From NCBI GenBank assembly GCA_029959295.1, contig JASCOH010000004.1, positions 229,762-269,761 of the forward strand: a stretch of 40,000 bases of DNA, written 5' to 3'. Origin of the DNA: Flavobacteriaceae bacterium PS02334 (GTDB taxonomy: Bacteria; Bacteroidota; Bacteroidia; Flavobacteriales; Flavobacteriaceae). Below the pieces are notes generated by a model. It did no database searches, was not told where the DNA came from, and worked only from the letters and a program-made list of their open reading frames with translations. A program made the position numbers and the translations under genes. Shown here piece by piece: positions 18,770 to 26,885 of the stretch; position 1 is the first letter of the stretch; each line of letters starts with the position of its first letter.

Positions 18770-20492
18770 AACGTCAGTCTGTGAAAAAACCGCCGTTTTA
18801 GTACCTCCAAATATAAAAAACTATTTGCATAAAAACAGGAATATTCGTATTTTTAAAGATGCAACACATCACCGGAATTTCCCGTAACCAAATGACCTTC
18901 TCTAGTTTAGATGAGCACATTGCTACTGCTAATCCCACCCGGTTTATCGATGCTTTTGTAGAGCATATTGATTTAAAATCATTAGGTTTTGAAGTGCAGA
19001 CTCTAAAAACAGAAGGCCGTCCGAGTTTTGATACCAAAATTTTTCTCAAGCTTTATCTTTATGGTTATCTCAATGGGCTTCGAAGTTCGCGAAAATTAGA
19101 GAAAGAATTTGTCCGAAATATAGAAATGCAATGGCTCTTGTGCGGGCTGGTTCCCAACTACCACAGCATATCTGACTTTAGGAAAAACAACCCTTTGGGA
19201 TTAAAAAAGCTATTTAAACTTTTTGTCTCATTTTTGAAAGATGCCGATCTCGTTGCAGGCGAAACCATCGCCATCGACGGTACCAAATCCCGAGCCCACA
19301 ACAGTAAGAAAGCCAATTTCAACCAAAAGAAAATCGATAAGCATCTGGCTTACATCGAAGAAAAAACACAGCACTACTTAGAGGAATTGGCCCAAAACGA
19401 TCAAAACGATTCAGGCATTAGCATCAGCAAAATCCAAGAAAAAATAGAGCGACTCAAGACCAATAAAATCCGATACGAACTCTTGGAAGAAAAACGCCAA
19501 GCCAGCGGTGAACCCCAAATCAGCACGACCGATCAAGATGCGCGAGCCTTGCTGGTTCAAGGCCAGGTGGTGGAAGTGAGCTATAACATTCAGGCAGCGG
19601 TGGACAGCAAGCACAATCTGGTTGTAGCCACGCACACCATCAACCGAAACGACCGAAATGCCCTGACGGCGATTGCCTTGGAGACCAAAGAAAACTTACA
19701 AGTAGAAACTTTTACTGTTTTGGTCGATAAAGGCTACCACAACGGACGCGAAATCAGCCAATGTAAAAACCATAACATTACCACGATTGTGGCGCATCCC
19801 GATCAGGGAATAAGTAATGAAAACGGTACTACAAAAGCCTATTTGGTAGCTCAATTTCTGTACGACAAAGCATCCGATACCTACACCTGTCCGATGAACC
19901 AAACCCTAAAAACCACCGGAACCTGGCACAAGAAAACCAGAGACAAGGACAGCTATGACTTTAAAAAATACCGAACGCCAGCCTGCAAGGAATGTCCAGC
20001 AAAATCGCACTGTACCAGCAGAAAAGGCGGTCGGGAAATTGACCGGAGCCAGTATGCCGATGCCGTAGAAGAAAACAACAGGCGCTACCAAGAAAACCAG
20101 CAGCTGTACCGCAAACGCCAAGAAATCAACGAGCATATCTTTGGCACTATCAAGCGCCAATGGGGCTACAACCACACCAACTTAACAGGGCTCGAAAAAG
20201 TAAACGGAGAACACAGCCTGATTATGCTGGTGTACAACATCAAGCGTACGATAAATATTTTGGGCATACCCGATCTGATGGCCCGATTTAAGAATTGGAA
20301 ATCGCCTTACAAAACAAAGGCGTGTCTTCTTTTTAAGACGATCCTTTTAAAGCTCTTTCCAAGTCATTTTGAAATCCAATTCTATTTTGTTGCTTAAAAA
20401 ACAGCCTTCCTTACAAGAGATTTATGCAAGCATCAGAAAGCTCTTTGTGAGTTAAAAATGTGAAAAAGGGAGTTTTTTCACAGCCTGACGTT
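18770..20492 (+). mobile_element. IS1182-family insertion sequence
   Basis: The terminal inverted repeats are AACGTCAGTCTGTGAAAAAAC (18770-18790) and the reverse complement of GTTTTTTCACAGCCTGACGTT (20472-20492), matching 20/21. The outer ACGT is palindromic, so it may be a 4-bp target duplication instead (IS then 18775-20487). There is a single transposase ORF. Confidence 0.85.
18859..20397 (+). CDS. IS1182-family DDE transposase
   Basis: 512 aa. The N-terminus GRPSFDTKIFLKLYLYGYLNGLRSSRKLEKEFVRNIEMQWLL is typical of IS1182/IS5-like transposases. It also has VLVDKGYHNG and a C-terminal Cys cluster CPMN...CKECPAKSHC. Confidence 0.9.
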   Translation: MQHITGISRNQMTFSSLDEHIATANPTRFIDAFVEHIDLKSLGFEVQTLKTEGRPSFDTKIFLKLYLYGYLNGLRSSRKLEKEFVRNIEMQWLLCGLVPNYHSISDFRKNNPLGLKKLFKLFVSFLKDADLVAGETIAIDGTKSRAHNSKKANFNQKKIDKHLAYIEEKTQHYLEELAQNDQNDSGISISKIQEKIERLKTNKIRYELLEEKRQASGEPQISTTDQDARALLVQGQVVEVSYNIQAAVDSKHNLVVATHTINRNDRNALTAIALETKENLQVETFTVLVDKGYHNGREISQCKNHNITTIVAHPDQGISNENGTTKAYLVAQFLYDKASDTYTCPMNQTLKTTGTWHKKTRDKDSYDFKKYRTPACKECPAKSHCTSRKGGREIDRSQYADAVEENNRRYQENQQLYRKRQEINEHIFGTIKRQWGYNHTNLTGLEKVNGEHSLIMLVYNIKRTINILGIPDLMARFKNWKSPYKTKACLLFKTILLKLFPSHFEIQFYFVA

Positions 20493-20614
20493 TTGGCGCT
20501 TGGCGAAGGTGGCGATTTTCACCACAAATGTTGATGCGGAGAACCAAACTTTGATTAACCACAAAACTGTCTGCGGAGCACTGAACCGCCACTTTTGCCA
20601 AACGCCTGTTATGC
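20488..20614. repeat. 127-bp structured repeat, copy A (right terminus GTTATGC)
   Basis: 120/127 identical to 21431-21557 with no indels. It has 20-nt inverted arms (GGCGCTTGGCGAAGGTGGCG / CGCCACTTTTGCCAAACGCC) and an internal tandem word ACCACAAA..TGCGGAG x2. The left edge abuts the IS. Confidence 0.9.
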
Positions 20615-20621
20615 CCAGTTT

Positions 20622-21071
20622 TTATTTTTCTGTCCAATATTTTTCTTTTAAATATTCTGTTTTTTGAATGTCGCAACCTAATACAAATACTCTGTAAACT
20701 GGTCTGTCTGGTCCGTAATAGGGTATTTTGTCTTCAAAAAATTCTGTTTTTATTTTCTGTAATTCACTTTTCAGGTCATTGATTTTATTTAGGTCTGTCG
20801 AAAAACCTATGCAATGAGTTTTTGCCCATTTGTCAGATTTAATTTGATTAAAAGCATACTCAATTATTTCAGGTTCAGACTTGAAGTATTTCAAATTGTT
20901 TTTTTGTCCACGTTCAGTATAATACCAAATAAAAAGTCCGCCCGAATTGTCAATTCCATAACCTTCATAAATACTGTTTCCGTTTATCGAATAACTGTTG
21001 AAATTTAAGCAATTTTCTTTCATCCATTTTTCAAGTTCACTTTCTGTCCTTGGTAAATAGTTGCTATCCAT
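20622..21071 (-). CDS. Hypothetical protein (cassette gene B), immunity-protein-like size and composition
   Basis: 149 aa with no recognised motif. Its start overlaps the stop of the upstream gene by 8 nt (ATGGATAG). Confidence 0.65.
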   Translation of the reverse strand: MDSNYLPRTESELEKWMKENCLNFNSYSINGNSIYEGYGIDNSGGLFIWYYTERGQKNNLKYFKSEPEIIEYAFNQIKSDKWAKTHCIGFSTDLNKINDLKSELQKIKTEFFEDKIPYYGPDRPVYRVFVLGCDIQKTEYLKEKYWTEK

Positions 21072-21429
21072 TTGTCAGTTTTTTATGGGTGAATGCTCGC
21101 AACTCAATTTCAGCTTTTAGTTTTTCAAATTCGTTGTCAAAATATAATTTAAAGAAGTGTTTTACATTTTCCCAGTTGTCAAGTTTAGTTTGAATTTGCT
21201 CGTCTTGATTTTCTCCATAAACAAAAAATAGGTCGAGGTTTTTGTGAACTTCAAGAACAAATTCGTTTTCCATATGTCCAACCCAAAATGCTCCGTGTTC
21301 TTCGTCCATTCGGATTGTTTCTTCTATTGCGTTTTTTATGTCTTCAAATGTTGCGTTCTCAACAGAGTCGCCCCAACCTTTTTCTATCCAAAAGTTTGTT
21401 GTCATACGTGTCGTCTTAAAATTGGGCAT
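21064..21429 (-). CDS. Hypothetical protein (cassette gene A)
   Basis: Track ORF 21064..21507 runs into repeat B. The likely start is Met at 21429 (MPNFKTTR..) or 21405 (MTTNFWIEKGW..). It is small and acidic with no motif. Confidence 0.6.
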   Translation of the reverse strand: MPNFKTTRMTTNFWIEKGWGDSVENATFEDIKNAIEETIRMDEEHGAFWVGHMENEFVLEVHKNLDLFFVYGENQDEQIQTKLDNWENVKHFFKLYFDNEFEKLKAEIELRAFTHKKLTNG

Positions 21430-21557
21430 AACGTTTTGCGGCTTGGCGAAGGTGGCGATTTTTACCACAAATGTTGATGCGGAGAACCAAACTTTGATTA
21501 ACCACAAATGTGTCTGCGGAGCACTGAACCGCCACTTTTGCCAAACCGCTGTTATGC
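21426..21557. repeat. 127-bp structured repeat, copy B, with both terminal heptamers (GCATAAC ... GTTATGC)
   Basis: GCATAAC is at 21426-21432 and GTTATGC at 21551-21557. The arms 21438-21457 and 21530-21549 pair with 17 Watson-Crick pairs, 2 G-T pairs and 1 mismatch. Confidence 0.9.
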
Positions 21558-21708
21558 GTTCGCCCTTCTTTTCCTGTAATAGTTTTAGTATCCAATATTG
21601 ATGTCTTTTTTAGGTAATATTAAATACAAAAAGCAGACTTCAAAGATAAATAACATCTTCAAAATCCGCTTAAAAAGTAATGAAATTTGTCTATTTAGGT
21701 TAGATTTT

Positions 21709-21872
21709 TTCAGCAATGGGAAAGTCAATTTCAAACTCTGTCAAGTTGTGTAAATAGTTGCTGATAATTTTATCGCCAACAACTATTATTACATCTATCA
21801 TATTGGCTTCGTTGTAACCTGCTCCAAAAAATGCTTCTCTGCTTTCTTCGTTTGCACGTCCACGGTTTTTAT
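21709..21872 (-). pseudogene. 5'-truncated remnant of a second AhpD-like (carboxymuconolactone decarboxylase family) gene
   Basis: About 164 bp at roughly 90% identity to the 3' end of 22519..23067, including the stop. It translates to ..RGRANEESREAFFGAGYNEANMIDVIIVVGDKIISNYLHNLTEFEIDFPIAEKI* with no N-terminal part. Confidence 0.8.
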
Positions 21873-21997
21873 TGCAGTAATTTTTCTATTTTTAAAAGAA
21901 TAATTGTTTCGGTAATATTACAATTGCCCCCTCGGTAAAAACGCCTTTTTTGATGTAAAAATATAAACCAGAGCGTTTATACTGAGGGGATAAAAGA

Positions 21998-22432
21998 CTA
22001 CTTTTCTTCCAAACCTGCTTCATTATAAACCACCATCAACGAAATACCCAATGCCATAATATCTTTCAAAACAAAAAAGTCTGTAGTGGGTACACCATCA
22101 ATTATTTTATTAATACCTGGCGTTGTCAATAAAAAACTTAGAGTTGTGCCAAAAATAACGACTGCTGCCCAGCCAAATATTTTTCCAACTTGGGGTTTAA
22201 ATAAACTCCAAATTAAACCAATACCTACAATGATTTCGAAAAGCCCAATGATATTTGAAACGACTTGAACGCTCAACACTTTGTACATCCACGACATCAA
22301 AAAGTGGTTTTCAACGTAAGGTTTTATGAATACAGCTTCCGATGGTGTGAATTTAAAAAAACCAATCCAAAGTAATACAACGACGACACCTGAAACGGCT
22401 ATTTTATAGCCTAACTTATTTATTTTACTCAT
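21998..22432 (-). CDS. DUF417 / RclC(YkgB)-like inner-membrane protein
   Basis: 144 aa. WIGFFKFTPSEAVFIKPYVENHFLMSWMY, TLSFLLTTPG and VLKDIMALG parallel the E. coli RclC sequence as I recall it. Confidence 0.7.
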   Translation of the reverse strand: MSKINKLGYKIAVSGVVVVLLWIGFFKFTPSEAVFIKPYVENHFLMSWMYKVLSVQVVSNIIGLFEIIVGIGLIWSLFKPQVGKIFGWAAVVIFGTTLSFLLTTPGINKIIDGVPTTDFFVLKDIMALGISLMVVYNEAGLEEK

Positions 22433-22518
22433 TTTATTTATTTTTAAAAGAATTGTAATTGAAAAAATTGGGGTGATTGCTTAGAGAAAAATACGTTTTA
22501 TTTTTACGCTTCAACCAA

Positions 22519-23067
22519 TTATAATTTTTCTGCAACAGGAAAGTCAATTTCAAACTCTGTCAAGTTGTGTAAATAATTGCTAATAATTTTATCGCCAACA
22601 ACTATTATTACATCTATCATATTGGCTTCGCTGTAACCTGCTCCAAAAAATGCTTCTTTGCTTTCTTCGGTTGCACGTCCACGATTTTCAACTGCTGATG
22701 CTGTGAATTTCGCTAAAGCGTCTAACTTACTGTCGAAACTTGCTGTTCCTTTACGAATTTCTAAAATTTGTTCGTCTGAAAAACCATTCATTTTTCCTAA
22801 TGCTGTGTGAGCCGATTGGCAATAACGACAACCATTAATTTGACTTGTTACCAAGTTTATCACTTCTCTTTCTTTGGCTCTTAATGTGCTTTTTCGATTT
22901 TGAAGCGTTAAATAGTCGCCTAATGCTGTTTCATTTTTAGCGAAATAGGCATACAAATTAGGAACAAAACCTAAACCTTTTTGGAGGTTGTCAAACATAC
23001 CTTGATTGTTTGCAGATACTTCTTCTCTTGTTGGAACCGTGTAAGTTCTTTTTTCTGATGTTGTCAT
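22519..23067 (-). CDS. AhpD-like alkylhydroperoxidase / carboxymuconolactone decarboxylase family protein
   Basis: 182 aa with the CxxC-H motif INGCRYCQSAH, which is typical of the AhpD core. Confidence 0.8.
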   Translation of the reverse strand: MTTSEKRTYTVPTREEVSANNQGMFDNLQKGLGFVPNLYAYFAKNETALGDYLTLQNRKSTLRAKEREVINLVTSQINGCRYCQSAHTALGKMNGFSDEQILEIRKGTASFDSKLDALAKFTASAVENRGRATEESKEAFFGAGYSEANMIDVIIVVGDKIISNYLHNLTEFEIDFPVAEKL

Positions 23068-23170
23068 TTTATTATTTTTTAAATATTGTTTGTCTTTATT
23101 GACGATACAAAGGTGCGATGACTTACAATAGATAAAAATGATGTAGTTTAGGAAATTTGGTTGATGTAGT

Positions 23171-23755
23171 TCAACTTTTCTTTGAAACCCTTTTATTTCT
23201 TATTCTGGATAAAAATTCATTCGTCATTCCTAAATAAGAAGCTAAAGCATATTGAGGAACTCTTTGCACGATTTGAGGATATTTATTTGAAAAAGTTTCG
23301 TAGCGTTCTTCGGCTGTTTGGGTTAGGTTTGAAATTATTCTTCTCTGTTGAGCAGCAAGTCCTCGTTCTGCCATTATCCTAAAAAAAGTTTCAAATTTGT
23401 GATTTTGTAATTTTAGTTCTTGTTCTTTTTCATAGTCAAGTTGTAAAATTATGCTGTCTTCTAATGCAACCACAAACATTGTCGCAGGTTGTTGAAAAAT
23501 ATAGCTGTTATAATCTGTAATCCACCAGTCATCAATGGCAAAAGTAATTGTGTGTTCTTGCCCTTCATCAGCCACAAAATAAGCCCTAAATGCTCCTTGC
23601 AAAACATAGTGTCTGTGCTTGGCTATAAAGTTTGGTTGAACTATGAATTGTCGTTTTTTAATTTTTTCTTCTTTGAAACAAGAACTAAAAAGCTTCTTTT
23701 CTTCTTCTGTCAGTTTTACAAACTTGTCAATATATGAAGTTATTTTGTTTGTCAT
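23171..23755 (-). CDS. Crp/Fnr-family transcriptional regulator
   Basis: 194 aa with an N-terminal cNMP-binding-like beta-roll and a C-terminal HTH (QYALASYLGMTNEFLSRIRNK). Confidence 0.8.
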   Translation of the reverse strand: MTNKITSYIDKFVKLTEEEKKLFSSCFKEEKIKKRQFIVQPNFIAKHRHYVLQGAFRAYFVADEGQEHTITFAIDDWWITDYNSYIFQQPATMFVVALEDSIILQLDYEKEQELKLQNHKFETFFRIMAERGLAAQQRRIISNLTQTAEERYETFSNKYPQIVQRVPQYALASYLGMTNEFLSRIRNKRVSKKS

Positions 23756-23898
23756 TTAGTCTAATGTTGATGATTAGTAGTGTCGCTCATAGGGTGACGC
23801 ATAACGCACAAATATCCGAAAGTTTTAATAAACACACAAATTAAACATCTATCAATACGTCAGTAACTTATGATTTTATATATTTGCAGATATTCAAA

Positions 23899-25002
23899 AT
23901 GCGAAGCTATATGGATACTCAAAATACGAACCCCGAATTTAATCCTTCTCTTTTTAAAATTACTTTAGGAACACATCGGGGAAAGAAAGTGATTTGGTTA
24001 AAATTTAATTATGATAAACTCTTAATTGAAATATTGCGACAGCACACCAAAGCACATTGGTCGCAATTGGAAAAAACTTGGTACGTGGTTGATAATCTGC
24101 ATAACAGAAATCTTTGCGGTATTCAGCCCGATATTGTGGGAAAAGATATGCTGTGCAAAATATCTGCATCCAACTTGCCCGAGTTTCAAAAATACCAAAA
24201 CATACTTACTCTCAAAAGCTTATCGCCGAATACCATCCGCACCTATTCCATTGAGTTTGCCCAATTATTATATTTGCTTAAAGATTTTCCTGTACAGGAA
24301 CTTTCACCCGAAAGACTGCAAAGCTATTTCTTATACTGTTTCAAAGAACTGAAACTTTCCGAAAACCAAATCCACAGCAGGATAAATGCAATAAAGTTCT
24401 ACTACGAAAAAGTTTTGCATCGTAAAAAAATGTTTCTTGACATTCCACGCCCCAAAAAACCTTTGCTTTTGCCCAAATCACTGAACATTGAAGATGTAAA
24501 AAAGCTTTTTTCAGTAACCGAAAATATCAAACACCGGCTTATTCTGCAACTCTGTTACGGAATGGGCTTGCGTGTAAGCGAAATCGTGAACCTGAAAATT
24601 GAAGACATCGACAGTCGGAATATGAAAGTACTCATTCACAGGGGCAAAGGCAAAAAGGACAGATATGTCAACCTGCCACATTCAGTATTGGAAGATTTAC
24701 GGAATTATTATAAAGAATATCTTCCGAAAGACTTCCTTTTTGAGGGACAGTATGGTGGACAATATACCGTACGAAGTTCACAGCTTGTTTTCAAAAAGGC
24801 AATGAAAAAGGCAAAAATAAACAAAAACATAGGCATTCACGGATTGAGGCACAGCTATGCAACACATCTTTTGGAATTTGGCACAGACATTAGTTTTATC
24901 CAAAAGCTTTTGGGGCATAACGATATCCGTACCACACAAATTTATGCCAGGGCTTCGGACACATCGATTGCTAAAGTCGTTTCTCCTTTGGATAGGATAT
25001 GA
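23899..25002 (+). CDS. Tyrosine recombinase, IntI/XerD-like (SAM_4-type N-domain) with extra N-terminal domain
   Basis: Track ORF begins at TTG 23884; ATG at 23899 is preferred. The catalytic set is GLRVSE (R), HGLRHSYATHLL (HxxR) and LGHNDIRTTQIYARA (Y). The core-binding region is NTIRTYSIEFAQLL. The C-terminus VVSPLDRI resembles that of IntI1. Confidence 0.85.
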   Translation: MRSYMDTQNTNPEFNPSLFKITLGTHRGKKVIWLKFNYDKLLIEILRQHTKAHWSQLEKTWYVVDNLHNRNLCGIQPDIVGKDMLCKISASNLPEFQKYQNILTLKSLSPNTIRTYSIEFAQLLYLLKDFPVQELSPERLQSYFLYCFKELKLSENQIHSRINAIKFYYEKVLHRKKMFLDIPRPKKPLLLPKSLNIEDVKKLFSVTENIKHRLILQLCYGMGLRVSEIVNLKIEDIDSRNMKVLIHRGKGKKDRYVNLPHSVLEDLRNYYKEYLPKDFLFEGQYGGQYTVRSSQLVFKKAMKKAKINKNIGIHGLRHSYATHLLEFGTDISFIQKLLGHNDIRTTQIYARASDTSIAKVVSPLDRI

Positions 25003-25079
25003 AATCAAAGCTCGAAGTTTCGATTGCACAACCCTGCTGAGGATTTTAGCTACAACAATAAGACTGACTCTTAACTTTG

Positions 25080-26336
25080 TTATCTAGGGTAATATTTTTT
25101 CTTCTTAATCTGATTAGCAAACACTTCTTCCTCGTAATCTTCTCCCTGTGCATCAGGTAGCAAACTGAATAATCCTAAATCAGAACTATCTGAATGCTCA
25201 ATTGAAATAATTTCAAATAGGTCTTTTGTCGGCAGATTGTCTATCGTATTCGTACTAGAAGGGCTATTCTGCATTTTTAACTCGGGCTTATTTCCATTGT
25301 CCCACCATTCGTTAAAGACATTTGCTGACAGGTTTCTATCCAAAGCTGAACCGTTCCAAACACTACGGCTTTCGTGGTCAATAAAGGTCATTCCGTAAAT
25401 TCGTCCTTCATTATTACGTCTTACAACCGTATTGATGCCCTGTTCTGCAAGTTGCTTTTTAAATTCCGTTTCGTTCTTTGTGGTATGTATAGCCAATTCA
25501 ATTGTATTCTTTAGGACAGACCTTGCAGGGTTGGTTTTCATTTTCTCTTTGGATTGTTCAAAATGTTTTTGAAGCTGTACCACACCTGCATCTTTTCCGA
25601 AAAGCGATGCCTTGAACGGATTACTTACTTTGTTCCTTTTTTCGTCCAACGCTACATACACCAATCCGTTTACGGTCTGACCGTTCCGCTCTCCTTTGAC
25701 TTCTTCCGCTGTGATACTGAAAAGGAAAAGTAACGCATTGTAACTACCTATAGTAGAATAGCTATAATACTTTGGTAGATGCCGTACTACCGAAGCAATC
25801 TGACTTTTGATGTCGCCATTTTTATGATTTACAGGCTTAAAAACTTTATTAGTTTGTTTCTGTTCCTGCTCGATGGCTTTGTTCAGGTTATATTTCGTTT
25901 CCAAATCCCGACAGATTGCCATTGAACGTGGGTGGTCGTAATCATCGGGGATTTTCTTTCCGTCAATTTCCACGCAGGTCGAAACGATATGGATATGCGT
26001 GCGGTCTATATCGGTATGCTTGAAAACAATATAGGGCTGATTGCCGTACCTCATACGTTCCATATATTCCTGTGCCATATCCGCAAACTGCTGGTCGCTG
26101 ACCTTATCCGCAGGATCTGGGTTCAGCGATATATGCCTTACCGTCTTTTCTGTTTTGATATTGGCAGACAGATACGGCTCAAAACATTTGTTGAAATATT
26201 GGGAAGAATACCTGCCGTCCACCGTATCAGGTATCTTATTTAGCAACAGAACCGCTCCGTTTTCCTTTTCCACTTTCTGCTGATTGTACAGAATTGCCCC
26301 GTACATATTGCTTCCTTTTCCAATTTTTGCAATCAT
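25080..26336 (-). CDS. Relaxase/mobilization nuclease (MobB-type of Bacteroidota mobilizable elements)
   Basis: 418 aa with N-terminal MIAKIGKGSNMYGAILYN, HISLNP and the His-triad HTDIDRTHIHIV. Confidence 0.9.
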   Translation of the reverse strand: MIAKIGKGSNMYGAILYNQQKVEKENGAVLLLNKIPDTVDGRYSSQYFNKCFEPYLSANIKTEKTVRHISLNPDPADKVSDQQFADMAQEYMERMRYGNQPYIVFKHTDIDRTHIHIVSTCVEIDGKKIPDDYDHPRSMAICRDLETKYNLNKAIEQEQKQTNKVFKPVNHKNGDIKSQIASVVRHLPKYYSYSTIGSYNALLFLFSITAEEVKGERNGQTVNGLVYVALDEKRNKVSNPFKASLFGKDAGVVQLQKHFEQSKEKMKTNPARSVLKNTIELAIHTTKNETEFKKQLAEQGINTVVRRNNEGRIYGMTFIDHESRSVWNGSALDRNLSANVFNEWWDNGNKPELKMQNSPSSTNTIDNLPTKDLFEIISIEHSDSSDLGLFSLLPDAQGEDYEEEVFANQIKKKKYYPR

Positions 26337-26340
26337 TTTT

Positions 26341-26775
26341 CTACTCTTTTTTCAGGTATTTCTTTTCAAATTCTGAGCTTAGGGCAACAACTTTCAGCAA
26401 CAATTCTTTCATTTCTATTGTCTGTTTTTCCAATTTATAGAAGTATGCAGATGCTTTCTTATCCGAAAAGTTTGTGTTCAACAGCTTTACAATCTGATTG
26501 TAATTGGTTGCTATCCCTCTGAATTGGCTAAAAAATCGGGTCAGCCCTTCGTGGTATTCTACTGCATCCATATTAATTTTGACGGTCTTTAATGTCTTCT
26601 GAAAGATGCAAGCCGTAATGAAATGTGCCGTTACTTTCATTCCCGACTGGTCAAAAAGGGCAAGGAATTTGGCATTGTCCTCGTCATTCAGGTTAAAGGA
26701 ATACCGATGTACCGCAGGGTCAATCTTTGGTTTTCTCCCTGTTTTCCTAATCTGTTTTCTGTCATTCTCTTCCAT
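26341..26775 (-). CDS. MobC-like relaxosome accessory protein (MobA of Bacteroides nomenclature)
   Basis: 144 aa with the GIATNYNQIVKLLN motif (MobC NxNQ signature). It lies 4 nt upstream of the relaxase. Confidence 0.8.
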   Translation of the reverse strand: MEENDRKQIRKTGRKPKIDPAVHRYSFNLNDEDNAKFLALFDQSGMKVTAHFITACIFQKTLKTVKINMDAVEYHEGLTRFFSQFRGIATNYNQIVKLLNTNFSDKKASAYFYKLEKQTIEMKELLLKVVALSSEFEKKYLKKE

Positions 26776-26846
26776 AATAATCCATTTTAATTTTTAAACA
26801 AACGGGCGACTTCGGAGCCGTTTCCAGCCCCCTGCAAGGGCAAGTG

Positions 26847-26885
26847 CTTTTGAGGTGCCGAAATTCATTTCGAGTACCTCAAAAG
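26847..26885. other. Nested hairpin, candidate oriT or transcript-end structure upstream of mobC-like gene
   Basis: CTTTTGAGGTGC-CGAAAT-TC-ATTTCG-AGTACCTCAAAAG, with outer stem 11/12 and inner stem 6/6. A second palindrome ATCCGTTTT-G-AAAACGGAT is at 26915-26933. Confidence 0.4.

Noticed and set aside
20452-20676. 74-aa minus-strand ORF, and the N-terminal 26 codons of ORF 21064..21507
   Set aside because: Both read through the 127-bp repeat copies. The same sequence in two places gives spurious open frames, so coding starts were placed outside the repeats.
16832-21507. Calling the four small cassette genes toxin-immunity genes
   Set aside because: No toxin domain, secretion-system gene or recognised immunity family motif is visible. 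The immunity idea is only an analogy and is kept as a hypothesis in the findings.
20488-21557. CRISPR array
   Set aside because: There are only two copies. The repeats are 127 bp, far longer than CRISPR repeats, and the 'spacer' is 816 bp of protein-coding sequence. No cas genes are present.
23799-23805. GCATAAC heptamer upstream of the recombinase as a definite attI-like site
   Set aside because: A specific 7-mer is expected several times by chance in 40 kb; GTTATGC also occurs at ~30343. It is kept only as weak supporting context, not as a feature.
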